From NCBI GenBank assembly GCA_048941015.1, contig JBHLNZ010000016.1, positions 1 to 52,074 of the forward strand: a stretch of 52,074 nt of DNA, written 5' to 3'. Below the pieces are notes generated by a model. The model was not told where the DNA came from and ran no database searches. It saw nothing but the letters and a program-made list of their open reading frames with translations. Position numbers and translations under genes: made by a program. Positions within the stretch are counted from its first letter, which is position 1, and each line of letters opens with the position of its first letter. This stretch comes from Promethearchaeota archaeon (GTDB lineage Archaea > Asgardarchaeota > Lokiarchaeia > Sigyniarchaeales > SOKP01). Shown in pieces: positions 29,373 through 39,411 of the stretch.

Positions 29373-29917
29373 TTAATCTTCTATAATAAACTCCCAAGAA
29401 CAATAATAATTCTTAGGGTGAATATCTGGTGGACAACAATTACATATAGTTTTTATTCTATGGTCAATAGTTTTAGCAAAATCACCATATTCCACAAGTC
29501 CAACGGATTTACATGGGAAATCAGGAAGATTTCTTTGATTTCTAGCATGCTGAACTCTACAATTATTCATTCGAAATACACAACGATTTTCAGAGATCTC
29601 TACAATTTCTTGTACATTAATATTAGCGTATACTCGAAATTGTAACGCTTTAATTAAAGCGGGTATTCCTCCATTTTCAGGAATTTTAAACCTTTTCATT
29701 ATGCGTTTAGCTTCAATTACAGTAAACCTTTTCCATTGTTCAACATCTAACTCAATCGCTTTATCAATACCATATTCTTTTTCAACGGCTTGAAACCAGG
29801 TTATAGTTTTAAAGGACTTCTTTTAAAAATTCCATCTATAGCAAGCCAATTTTTAGAAAGATCTTCAATATAATCAATCAATTCTTCTCTTGAGAGTTTT
29901 TCTAAAGCTTTATTCAT
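29373..29917 (-). CDS. DUF6125-like protein, two exons (29917..29830 and 29800..29373), 171 aa after splicing
   Basis: Joined translation MNKALEKLSREELIDYIEDLSKNWLAIDGTWFQAVEKEYGIDKAIELDVEQWKRFTVIEAKRIMKRF...CRVQHAR...FPCK...CCPPD...CSWEF; 88+428=516 nt. Confidence 0.8.
29801..29829 (-). other. Putative 29-nt BHB-type mRNA intron
   Basis: UUUUUAAAAGAAGUCCUUUAAAACUAUAA; central 4-bp helix AUGG/CUAU, 3-nt bulges AAU and AAC, flanking stems; removal restores frame. Confidence 0.78.
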
Positions 29918-29988
29918 TTTTCTTCAATCAATCCAATTTAGTTATAATGATTACGGGAATACAATAAAATAAAAAAATTATTTGAAAT

Positions 29989-31275
29989 TCACAAAAGAGT
30001 TTGAGCAAAAAGCTTTATTTTTTCTCTTATGATTTTTTCTGAAGCAAAACGAGCATCTCCTACATCTACATCAACAAGTAGCATAGGAATACCAACTTCA
30101 TCCCTTAGCGCCTCTCTTAGTAGTTGGGGAACACTACCAAATTGCTTGCACCCGATATGTGATGTAAAAATAAAACAATCAGCTGAATATTCTTTCGCCA
30201 ATCTCACACAATCTTCTAAAAAGGGATAATAAAATTCAGCACTCTGTTTAGTCATTGGAGCTTCCATAGTTTTCTTAGCCATACCATAAAGCATTGTTTC
30301 TAAGCTAGAAGTAGTATTAATTGGGTCAGCAAAATTATAGTTAAAGATATCAAATAATATTGACATACCAAGATGACGATCCAACCATTCACATAACCCT
30401 AAATCAAAAAAAATAATCATGTATGGCCATATACTTCTAATCTTCTCTTCTCCAGCATGATGCTCCTTTTTTTTATATCTTTTTTTAGCGATATCCAACA
30501 TATCTCTATAAAATTCAAGTTTTTCTTGCCTTCCTGACATATAGATCGTTGCCGCTGCTGCCATTGCATTAAACATATTTTCTATAGGACATGGCTTTGC
30601 CTTCTTTAACTCAAATATTTCTAATTGATAACTTGTTGCTTGATTTTCTAAATTTATTGCTTCTCTCAATTTTTTATAATCAGGTTCTTGTCCAATAATT
30701 TTACCTAGCTGTTCTAAACCAATTCTAATTTGCTCTCCATGATAATAGTAGCTTTTTTCTGCTTTCAAAAATGGCAGATCGGGTACAATTAGAGGTATCT
30801 TTTTATGGTATTTGAAAAAAGGATAACTGCTATAGGTGTTATCGCATGGAGCACTTGGAGTAATTATTGCATCAAATTGGAATAAATCATCAAGGGTCAT
30901 ACCCATTGTACCTTTTTGTGAAGTGCAAGTATGAAACGGATGACCCCAGTTAGTGATAATATCATAATATGGTTCAGTTCCATTTGGTAATAAAGTTGCT
31001 AGCAAATAAGATGTTGCCTCAATACATACTGGGACGCAATCAAAACAATATAAAAATTCTGTGGGAAATGAAAAATGATGACCAATGATTGGCAAACCTT
31101 CTCCAGCTTTTTTAATCAAATCATCCATGACAGATTTTATATATTTTAACCCTAATCTTAAAGAGGGGATTCCATGATCTGGAAGAATCCCATCAACTAA
31201 ACCATGAGTACATGTAATTGCTTGATTTAATACTTTGTATGGAATAATTCTATTTTCTGCATCAACTCTATTTAT
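29989..31275 (-). CDS. 2-hydroxyacyl-CoA dehydratase subunit (HgdA/B, FldB/C, BcrB/C family)
   Basis: HTCTSQKG, PCD, GCKQ cluster ligands; frame extends 49 codons upstream of the tracked ATG to ATA 31275 and matches the paralog N-terminus. Confidence 0.85.
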   Translation of the reverse strand: MNRVDAENRIIPYKVLNQAITCTHGLVDGILPDHGIPSLRLGLKYIKSVMDDLIKKAGEGLPIIGHHFSFPTEFLYCFDCVPVCIEATSYLLATLLPNGTEPYYDIITNWGHPFHTCTSQKGTMGMTLDDLFQFDAIITPSAPCDNTYSSYPFFKYHKKIPLIVPDLPFLKAEKSYYYHGEQIRIGLEQLGKIIGQEPDYKKLREAINLENQATSYQLEIFELKKAKPCPIENMFNAMAAAATIYMSGRQEKLEFYRDMLDIAKKRYKKKEHHAGEEKIRSIWPYMIIFFDLGLCEWLDRHLGMSILFDIFNYNFADPINTTSSLETMLYGMAKKTMEAPMTKQSAEFYYPFLEDCVRLAKEYSADCFIFTSHIGCKQFGSVPQLLREALRDEVGIPMLLVDVDVGDARFASEKIIREKIKLFAQTLL

Positions 31276-31317
31276 ATCATTTCACCCTTTATTTTCATAA
31301 TTTAGAATGATAATGTG

Positions 31318-32607
31318 TTATATTAAGGTTTTCACAAAAAAACTAATTTTTTCTTTAAAAGCTTTTAAGGAAGTCATTCTTGCATCTCCAGCATCAAATT
31401 CTATAAGGAGCATTGGAATTCCTACTTCATCTTTTAATGCTTCACGAAGAAGTTGTGGAACAGCACCAAATTGTTTACAAGCAATGCTTTGGGTATATAT
31501 AAAGCAATCCGCAGAAAAATTTTTAGCAAATTTTACGCAATAATCGAGAAAGGGATCAAAAAATTCTGTTGACTGTCTTACCATCGGAAAAGTCATGGCC
31601 TTTTTGCTCATACCTAAAAACATTGTGTCTAATCCTGCTTTTGTATTGATTGGATCTGAAAAATTATAATTAAAAATATCGAATAATACACTTAATCCTA
31701 ATTCTCTATCTAACCATTCCAAGAGGTCAATAGAGAAAAAAGTTATCATGTATGGCCATATAGATCTAAATATTTCTTCTCCCGCATGATGTTCTCTATT
31801 TTTATACCTTTTTTTAATTATTTCTAACATTTCTCTATAAAATTCCAGGTTTTCTTGAGTTCCAGGTATAATAATTGAAGCTCCTGCAGAAACTGCATTA
31901 AAAATGTTCTCAATCGGACTTGGTTTGGCTTTAATTAATTCGAATATTTCTAGTTTATATTCATTAACTTGATTTTCAATCTGAATTGCTTCCTTTAACT
32001 TATTATAATCTGGTTCTTGACCAATAATTTTTCCAAGATCAAATAAGCCCTGTTCTATTTGCTCCGCATAATACTGATAACTTTTTTCTTTATGTAAAAA
32101 AGGTACATCAATTAATACTAATGGAAATTTTTTTTCATATTTAAAGAAGGGATATGAAGCAATTGTACAATCACAAGGAGCAGTTGGACAAATTAAAGCA
32201 TCAAACTTGAAAAGATCGTCTAATGTCATTCCCATCGTTCCTTTTTGTGAAGTACAGGTATGAAACGGGTGACCCCAACTATTCATCAAATCATAATAAT
32301 ACTCAACTCCACCTTCTAAAAAAGTAGCCAATATATATGAAGTACCCTCAATACATACAGGAACACAATCAAAACACTTGAGGTATTCCGATGGAAATGA
32401 AAAATGATAGCCAACTACAGGTAAACCATCATATACTTTATCAATATAACGGTTTAAAACAGATTCAATTTTATTTAAACCAATATTTAAAGAAGGGATG
32501 CCAGTTTCAGGGAGGATTCTTTCAACTAATTCTCTCGTTGTTGATACAGCTTTTAATAACATTTTATAAGGTGTTATTTGTTCCCCTTGTTTTATTATAC
32601 TAACCAT
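31318..32607 (-). CDS. 2-hydroxyacyl-CoA dehydratase subunit (paralog of downstream gene)
   Basis: HTCTSQKG, PCD, ACKQ, IEFDAGD. Confidence 0.88.
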   Translation of the reverse strand: MVSIIKQGEQITPYKMLLKAVSTTRELVERILPETGIPSLNIGLNKIESVLNRYIDKVYDGLPVVGYHFSFPSEYLKCFDCVPVCIEGTSYILATFLEGGVEYYYDLMNSWGHPFHTCTSQKGTMGMTLDDLFKFDALICPTAPCDCTIASYPFFKYEKKFPLVLIDVPFLHKEKSYQYYAEQIEQGLFDLGKIIGQEPDYNKLKEAIQIENQVNEYKLEIFELIKAKPSPIENIFNAVSAGASIIIPGTQENLEFYREMLEIIKKRYKNREHHAGEEIFRSIWPYMITFFSIDLLEWLDRELGLSVLFDIFNYNFSDPINTKAGLDTMFLGMSKKAMTFPMVRQSTEFFDPFLDYCVKFAKNFSADCFIYTQSIACKQFGAVPQLLREALKDEVGIPMLLIEFDAGDARMTSLKAFKEKISFFVKTLI

Positions 32608-32627
32608 TAACTAACACTTATATCAAT

Positions 32628-33779
32628 TTAAATCATTTCTAAAAACGCTTCTATACGAGTTTGAAGGCGACTTGTATCTGCTTGATAAAATTCTCTGTCC
32701 ATATTTAAAACAGGTATCTCTAAATCTTTTAATTCGTGGTTGAAGAGCATATTATCACATCCATGTAAATCACAATTATTAATTCTCTGTAATATTACTC
32801 CTTCGATATTTGCTTCTTTAATTTGTTCCTTTAAAAAATTCAAGCGTCTTTTGTGGTCATCCATCATTCTAGGGCAAGAAATTCTATAATATAATCGACG
32901 TGTAATTTCAGTAATTGGATCCATATTTGGTTTAATTTCTATATCATCCATAAAGTTCCTTGTTCCAAAACATAAAAAGTCTGATGCTATAAAAGCTCCT
33001 GAATTTTCTATTAATTGAGTGAACTCAATATTATCAACAACGCTCCCTACTAGAAGGATCCTTTTTTTACCATCAACATTAAGACTATCTCTTTCCTCTA
33101 GTAAATTAGTTATTCTCTTTAACTGTTGATTTGCAAATTCTTTTGAAACTGAAGCATTTGCCATATTAATTTGTAGGGCTTCAGTTCCAGTGAGTTTTGG
33201 ATTTTCTTGGATTCTTAATTGGTGTAAATCACGAAGTAATTCTCTATTTTCATTATAGATTTCGATAGAATGTAATAATTTTTCATCACTAATTTCATTT
33301 AAATTATAAGCTATTTCGATTTCTCTCTTAAACTCTTCAATTTCTTTCTTATACCAATCAAATCCTTCATTAGTTATAACATGAGGTAATGCTAAATAAA
33401 AACGAGGAACTGTTTTATTAAAACCTTCTCTTTTAAAAACCTTTAGATCAAATAACTCGAACATCCGCCTGCTATGATCACAGCTATTACACACTAAAAA
33501 ACCATCTAGGAAATCATAACCACCTTTCAATGCTAAATCTAATGTAGCCCTTACAAATGAACATGTGAATCTAACCATATAAATATCTGCTAGTTCAGTG
33601 TCTTTATTACCTGTAGCGCGGATTCTAAAAGGTAAAATATCTGCAGCAAACAACAATTCTTCAGGGATATAAGTACAATAAAAACCAATAACCTTTTTAC
33701 CGGATTTTTGCCAATCTTTAATATATTGATTTTCAATATCATTAGCTATTTTTATAAAAGAATCATGTTCAAGGTTCAA
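32628..33779 (-). CDS. 2-hydroxyacyl-CoA dehydratase subunit (HgdB/BcrC-like)
   Basis: GFYCTYIPEE, TCSF, SCD, NCD, TRIEAFLE. Confidence 0.9.
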   Translation of the reverse strand: MNLEHDSFIKIANDIENQYIKDWQKSGKKVIGFYCTYIPEELLFAADILPFRIRATGNKDTELADIYMVRFTCSFVRATLDLALKGGYDFLDGFLVCNSCDHSRRMFELFDLKVFKREGFNKTVPRFYLALPHVITNEGFDWYKKEIEEFKREIEIAYNLNEISDEKLLHSIEIYNENRELLRDLHQLRIQENPKLTGTEALQINMANASVSKEFANQQLKRITNLLEERDSLNVDGKKRILLVGSVVDNIEFTQLIENSGAFIASDFLCFGTRNFMDDIEIKPNMDPITEITRRLYYRISCPRMMDDHKRRLNFLKEQIKEANIEGVILQRINNCDLHGCDNMLFNHELKDLEIPVLNMDREFYQADTSRLQTRIEAFLEMI

Positions 33780-33791
33780 TTTTTTTAGACC

Positions 33792-34280
33792 TCATTTTTT
33801 TTTCTTATATACATCATTTTTTCCGATCATAAGACATCTTACTAATTTAATTGCGGCAATATAAGATCCTTTAATTTTTGCTTTTCTTGGAATTATATAC
33901 TTCAATAACTTCAATAGACCAAATACATTGCTTTTAGATTTTATAATATCGCTTATAACTTTTAGAATTTTTTCTTCTTTTACATCTATTACTATTGTTG
34001 CTACTGGATTCTTCGCCTTTTCAGCTAGAGTATCAAATTTGTTCCTGTCTGAAGTTAAAATGAAAGTTATATACCCATCTAATTCTTTTAAGTATAATTC
34101 TATTTCCTGACCTTCTCTTTTCCCCACTTTTTTGAATGGCTCATCCAAACCAAATAAATCTACTAACATCTTAGCTAATCTTGCTATATTAAGGACTTTT
34201 GTTTCTCTTACTAAATTCTCTGCTTTAATATTTCTAGAAGTATCCTTTTCTCCTTGTAATTGAGTAATATCTGTCACCAT
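33792..34280 (-). CDS. Hypothetical protein, weakly SCP2-like
   Basis: PVATIVID...KAKIKGS pattern; co-oriented upstream of dehydratases. Confidence 0.45.
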   Translation of the reverse strand: MVTDITQLQGEKDTSRNIKAENLVRETKVLNIARLAKMLVDLFGLDEPFKKVGKREGQEIELYLKELDGYITFILTSDRNKFDTLAEKAKNPVATIVIDVKEEKILKVISDIIKSKSNVFGLLKLLKYIIPRKAKIKGSYIAAIKLVRCLMIGKNDVYKKKK

Positions 34281-34514
34281 TTAGCTGAAATTCTTTATGT
34301 TTATGTTGTAAATAATATTAGTTAGCGATGTTAATAAATTTAAATATTTAATCTGAAATGACAAATTTGATTAATTTTATACTTGAAATTAAGGGGATAA
34401 AAGTGGGTATAGCTCTTAAATTCTAAAAGATAAGGTTAATAAAATTTTGACTTTTATTATATTTTGAACTTTAATATCCAGAATCGCTAAACAATTCAAA
34501 AATGGTTTTAGATA

Positions 34515-36443
34515 ATGGGAAAAACGTTAACTGAAAAAATTTTAGAACAACATTTAGTAGAAGGGACTCTTGAAAAAGGATCAGATATCGCTATTAAAAT
34601 TGATCAAACTTTAACTCAGGATGCGACTGGCACTATGGCTTACCTGCAATTTGAAGCTATGGGCGTCGATCGAGTACAAACAGAACTATCAGTAAGCTAT
34701 GTTGATCATAATACCCTACAAACAGATTTCAAGAATCCAGACGATCATAGATATTTACAAAGTATTGCTGCAAGATATGGGTTATATTTCTCTCGTCCTG
34801 GTAATGGTATATGTCATCAACTTCATTTAGAGCGCTTTGCAAGACCTGGAAAGACGTTATTAGGAAGTGACAGTCATACACCAACAGGTGGAGGAGTAGG
34901 GTCGATTGCTATCGGAGCTGGTGGGCTTGATGTAGCTGCTGCTATGGCAGGTGAACCATTTCGCTTAAAAATGCCTAAGATGGTAAATGTATATCTTATA
35001 GGTGAACTTCCTGATTTTGTTTCTGCTAAAGATGTAATATTAGAAGTTTTAAGAAGAATAGGAGTAAAGGGTGCTGTTAATAAAGTTTTGGAATATACAG
35101 GTCCAGGTATTAAAACTTTGACAGTACCTGAACGGGGAACTATAACTAATATGGGTACTGAGACTGGAGCTACTACATCCATATTTCCATCAGATGAGAT
35201 TACTAAAGATTTTTTAGAAGCTCAAGAAAGAGGAGAACAATGGGTTAGCTTAGAACCAGACAAAGATGCTCAATATGATGAAATCATTGAAATAAACTTA
35301 AGTGAATTAGAGCCTCTTGTAGCTGAACCTCACAGTCCAGGAAATGTAAAAACAGTAAAAGAAATTGAAGGATTAAATGTGGACCAAGTATGTATTGGAA
35401 GTTGTACTAATTCTTCACTAAGAGATTTAAAGGTTGTGGCAAATATGCTAAAAGATAATACTATTGCTTTAAATACTGTTTTAACTGTATCTCCTGGTTC
35501 TCGTCAAGTAGTTGATCACTTAATTCATTCAGGTGAATTAGCATACATAGTCGAAGCTGGTGGTCGAATTCTTGAAAATGCATGTGGTCCGTGTATCGGA
35601 ATGGGGCTTGCTCCTAAAAGCGATGCTATTACTGTAAGAACGTTCAATCGAAACTTTTTAGGACGTTCTGGAACAAAAAGTGCTCAAGCATATTTGGTAA
35701 GTCCAGAAACCGCGGCTGCTACTGCTATTACAGGAAAAATGACTGACCCTCGTACATTTGGAAAAATGCCGAAGATAGAAATGCCAACAAAATTCATGGT
35801 TAATGATAATTTAATTATTCCACCAATACCACTAGAAGAAGCCAAAAAAGTTAATATAATTCGAGGACCTAATATTAAACCATTACCTGAATTTAATCCT
35901 TTACCTGAAAAGCTAGAAGGAGAAGTATTGCTCAAGGTTGAAGATGATATTACTACTGATCATATAATGCCCGCTGGTGCGAAAATATTACCTCTCCGAT
36001 CAAACATACCTGAAATTAGCAAGTTCGTTTTCAATGTTGTAGACGAAAAGTTCCATGATAGATCCTTAGAAAAAGGAGGAGGCTTCATTATTGGAGGAGA
36101 TAATTATGGACAAGGTTCAAGTAGAGAGCACGCTGCTATTGCTCCAAAATATCTTGGTATAAAAGCGGTAATAGTAAAAAGTTTTGCACGCATTCATTTA
36201 GCTAATCTTGTAAATTTTGGAATTGTTCCTTTAACTTTTGTTAATAAAGATGATTATTCTAAAATTGAATCAGGAGATAAGATAGAAATTGATTTGTCCA
36301 CCATTAAGTCAGGTAGGGTAATTTTAAAGAATATCTCAAAAGGATTAGATTTCGAATTAACTCATTCACTAAGTGAACAGGATTTAGAAGAACTAATGGC
36401 TGGTGGAAAACTTACATTAATAAAACAAAAACATTCTAAGTAA
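34515..36443 (+). CDS. Aconitate hydratase (short, about 640-aa type)
   Basis: QDATG, DSHT, GSCTN, CGPCIG, TTDHI, YGQGSSREHA. Confidence 0.92.
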   Translation: MGKTLTEKILEQHLVEGTLEKGSDIAIKIDQTLTQDATGTMAYLQFEAMGVDRVQTELSVSYVDHNTLQTDFKNPDDHRYLQSIAARYGLYFSRPGNGICHQLHLERFARPGKTLLGSDSHTPTGGGVGSIAIGAGGLDVAAAMAGEPFRLKMPKMVNVYLIGELPDFVSAKDVILEVLRRIGVKGAVNKVLEYTGPGIKTLTVPERGTITNMGTETGATTSIFPSDEITKDFLEAQERGEQWVSLEPDKDAQYDEIIEINLSELEPLVAEPHSPGNVKTVKEIEGLNVDQVCIGSCTNSSLRDLKVVANMLKDNTIALNTVLTVSPGSRQVVDHLIHSGELAYIVEAGGRILENACGPCIGMGLAPKSDAITVRTFNRNFLGRSGTKSAQAYLVSPETAAATAITGKMTDPRTFGKMPKIEMPTKFMVNDNLIIPPIPLEEAKKVNIIRGPNIKPLPEFNPLPEKLEGEVLLKVEDDITTDHIMPAGAKILPLRSNIPEISKFVFNVVDEKFHDRSLEKGGGFIIGGDNYGQGSSREHAAIAPKYLGIKAVIVKSFARIHLANLVNFGIVPLTFVNKDDYSKIESGDKIEIDLSTIKSGRVILKNISKGLDFELTHSLSEQDLEELMAGGKLTLIKQKHSK

Positions 36444-36495
36444 TTTATTTCAATAAAAATTTTTTTTACTTATCTTATTTTTTCTTAGTTGAGGT

Positions 36496-37260
36496 TTGAT
36501 GTATAATAAAAAATTTGTTCTAAACCCAAAAACTCGATTTTCTTCAAGAGTTGAAAATTATATAAAATATCGTCCTGGTTATCCCTTAGAAATAATAAGT
36601 TTCCTGACTGAAAAAGGAATTTTAAAAAAAAAATCTGTAATTGCTGATATTGGATCTGGAACTGGAATATTAAGTGAAATTTTTTTAAAAAATGGAAATT
36701 TGGTTTATGGGATTGAACCTAATGCGGATATGCGAAAAGCTGGAGAAAAACTGTTAAGTAAATACTCAACCTTCAAAAGTATAGATGGTTCTGCTGAGGA
36801 AACAAAACTGAATGACAATAGTATTGATTTAATAACTGCTGGTCAAGCATTTCATTGGTTTGATATAGAAAAAACTAAAAGTGAATTTAAGAGAATACTG
36901 AAACCTAATGGATATATTATTTTAATTTGGAATACTCGTAAAAAGGCAAACAGCGAATTTTCAGAAGAATATGAAAAGTTTATATTAGAATACGCAAAGG
37001 ATTACAAGGAAACACGAAAAAGAGAGAATAATATAGACAAATTTATTAAATATGAGAAAGAGAAATTTTATAATTATCAAGAATTTGATTTTGAAGGTTT
37101 AAAAGGTAGATTACTTTCTGCTTCTTATATTCCCTTAGAAAATGATCCAATTTTTGATAAGATGATAAAACATTTGAAGGAAATTTTTATAAAATACCAA
37201 AAAAATGGATTAATAAGATTAGAATATGATACTGAAATATATTATGGTAAATTAAACTAA
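36496..37260 (+). CDS. Class I SAM-dependent methyltransferase
   Basis: YRPGYP, ADIGSGTG, AGQAFHWF. Confidence 0.9.
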   Translation: MMYNKKFVLNPKTRFSSRVENYIKYRPGYPLEIISFLTEKGILKKKSVIADIGSGTGILSEIFLKNGNLVYGIEPNADMRKAGEKLLSKYSTFKSIDGSAEETKLNDNSIDLITAGQAFHWFDIEKTKSEFKRILKPNGYIILIWNTRKKANSEFSEEYEKFILEYAKDYKETRKRENNIDKFIKYEKEKFYNYQEFDFEGLKGRLLSASYIPLENDPIFDKMIKHLKEIFIKYQKNGLIRLEYDTEIYYGKLN

Positions 37261-39248
37261 GCTTCTTTTAAGATTTCTTTACTTACTAAAAATTTCATAA
37301 GCTTATTCAATTCACTGGGATAAAATAAATGTTGATATTCCAATGAAAGCATTGCTGATATCATTTTAAGGTCATATGATAAACCAACTAAATTTTGAAT
37401 CTCATGTAGGTCTCCAAACCAGAGTTCAGGAGGCTCTGGAGCTTTAATATCTTGATATTGACTTGACATTGCAATAGATAAGAGATCCATAAAATTAGGA
37501 ACTCCAAGAAAAGCTCGACTCCATTTGTTGGCGAATTCTTCTGGTTCATTATGAGACTTTATATTAATACCAACTTCCTTACAGAGTTCAATCCATAGAA
37601 TATTTTGATTTTCAGTCCAGCGATTTATTTCTTTTTGTTTTAGAGAAAGAATTTCTTGTTTATCATCATTATATGGTCCAAATCTTCTAAATGATTCCAA
37701 TATTTCTTTCTCATAATGATCTGAAGCCTTTATTAAAGCTAGACCAAAATATGCTTTCTCTTCCTTCTGAACTTCATCTTTTTCATTATTTAAGTGATTA
37801 TAAATTTTCATTAATAACCCTTTTGTTTTACCTAACCGGTCATAAAATCCTCTCTCAAGAATTGGAATAAGATAATAAAACATTTCATTATTTACTGTAG
37901 CAAAAAAGTAAGCTATACAGAAGGCGATCCCAATAACACGTTTTAATTCAGTTGGATCACAGTTATCTATGGTATCTAATGAAGTATGCCATAAAGGATC
38001 GGAATGATTAAGCATTATTCCTGGAATACCTAACGCTGTATCCACAAAAACCTGATGATCACTCCCACCTGCAAAAGGTATTATTCTATATTTCATGCAT
38101 ACTTTAGTTCCATTAATTTCTATACCTTTTGGGTGATCTGCTATGATTTCTGTATAATATCGAATTATATCATTTAGTATTGAAGGTGTTGAATAAGGTG
38201 CATGACAAATTTCGAAAGGTTCTCCTATTTTCATAGGATCTTCTCCTATCATATCTAAATTCAAATTAACTATGGAGTTCTTTACTCTAATCTCATTTTC
38301 CTTAGCCCAAGGAAATGTTCCATCAAATTCAGGAACCCAAAGGAATCTTATAGTTCTTATTGGTCTAGTTAATATTCCTTTCTTAATTAGAGAAGTTAAT
38401 GCTCGGACTAATTCAATTAAACCTGCAGAACCACTTGCATTATCATTAGCACCTGGTGCGGGATGGCACAAATGAGCAGTTAAAATAATTTCTTCTTCTA
38501 ATTTTTCACTCCCATAAATCGCAGCAGATATGACTTCTAGATTTTCATCAAATACATCCACATTAATATTAGCTTCGATGAAAACAGGCCCTTTTTTTAG
38601 AAGATCTTTTAAATACAATGCTTTTTCCTGAGTTATACTAAATCCAAAAGTATTTTTTTCCAAAATATCCGCTTTAATCGGAAATCTGTTATAAACAGTC
38701 ATATCACGATAACCAGCTGCTTTCTCAGGAGTAGGATATACTATAACTCCTAAAGCACCTTTTTCTACATATTGAGCTGTAACTAATAACTTAGGAGCAG
38801 ACATTAATACGATTTTTCCTTTAACATCCTTTCCCTCATAATCTTCTTCTCGGATTCCCGTTCCTACATCTATTAATTCAGCAGACACATTGCAACTTTT
38901 AGAATAACCTAATACACACATAGGAATATCTTGAAATCTACATATTAATTCTTCCTTTGGTTTAGTTAATCGAAGTTCTGCCGATTTTACATCCCAACTT
39001 GGTGCACCTATATATTCCCACGTTTTAGTTTTGCCATCTGCAGGATATTTATGAATCTGTAACTCATCAAGTTCATATTTCTCTAATTCATTCATTATTT
39101 GTTTGACAATTTCATGAAAATCTTTTGAACCTATTCTTCGATTAAACTGACTAATCCGAGCAATCCAATCCCAGGCATATTTTCCACTTACTTCATTCAA
39201 ACCTATCTCAATAATATCAGAAAGATCTTTCATACCGTTAAATCTCAT
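37257..39248 (-). CDS. M28-family metallopeptidase with PA domain (DUF4910-like)
   Basis: AHLCH, GANDNASG, PE, NLDMIG, GSDH, WHTSLD. Confidence 0.85.
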   Translation of the reverse strand: MRFNGMKDLSDIIEIGLNEVSGKYAWDWIARISQFNRRIGSKDFHEIVKQIMNELEKYELDELQIHKYPADGKTKTWEYIGAPSWDVKSAELRLTKPKEELICRFQDIPMCVLGYSKSCNVSAELIDVGTGIREEDYEGKDVKGKIVLMSAPKLLVTAQYVEKGALGVIVYPTPEKAAGYRDMTVYNRFPIKADILEKNTFGFSITQEKALYLKDLLKKGPVFIEANINVDVFDENLEVISAAIYGSEKLEEEIILTAHLCHPAPGANDNASGSAGLIELVRALTSLIKKGILTRPIRTIRFLWVPEFDGTFPWAKENEIRVKNSIVNLNLDMIGEDPMKIGEPFEICHAPYSTPSILNDIIRYYTEIIADHPKGIEINGTKVCMKYRIIPFAGGSDHQVFVDTALGIPGIMLNHSDPLWHTSLDTIDNCDPTELKRVIGIAFCIAYFFATVNNEMFYYLIPILERGFYDRLGKTKGLLMKIYNHLNNEKDEVQKEEKAYFGLALIKASDHYEKEILESFRRFGPYNDDKQEILSLKQKEINRWTENQNILWIELCKEVGINIKSHNEPEEFANKWSRAFLGVPNFMDLLSIAMSSQYQDIKAPEPPELWFGDLHEIQNLVGLSYDLKMISAMLSLEYQHLFYPSELNKLMKFLVSKEILKEA

Positions 39249-39411
39249 TAACTTTTAATAAATAAATTAAAAATTTCAAAATATAAAAAAGCTTTTTCAT
39301 ATTATAAAAAAATCATTTGAACATTTCTAATAGTGTCAACTTAAAGCAAAAGACTCATAAAACGTAAATTAGTAAGACCAAAATAGTTTAATAGAAATGA
39401 ATAAGTAATTA

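Noticed and set aside
29373-29917. Calling the DUF6125-like gene a simple frameshifted pseudogene
   Set aside because: Both parts are otherwise intact and the insert ends coincide with canonical BHB cleavage sites
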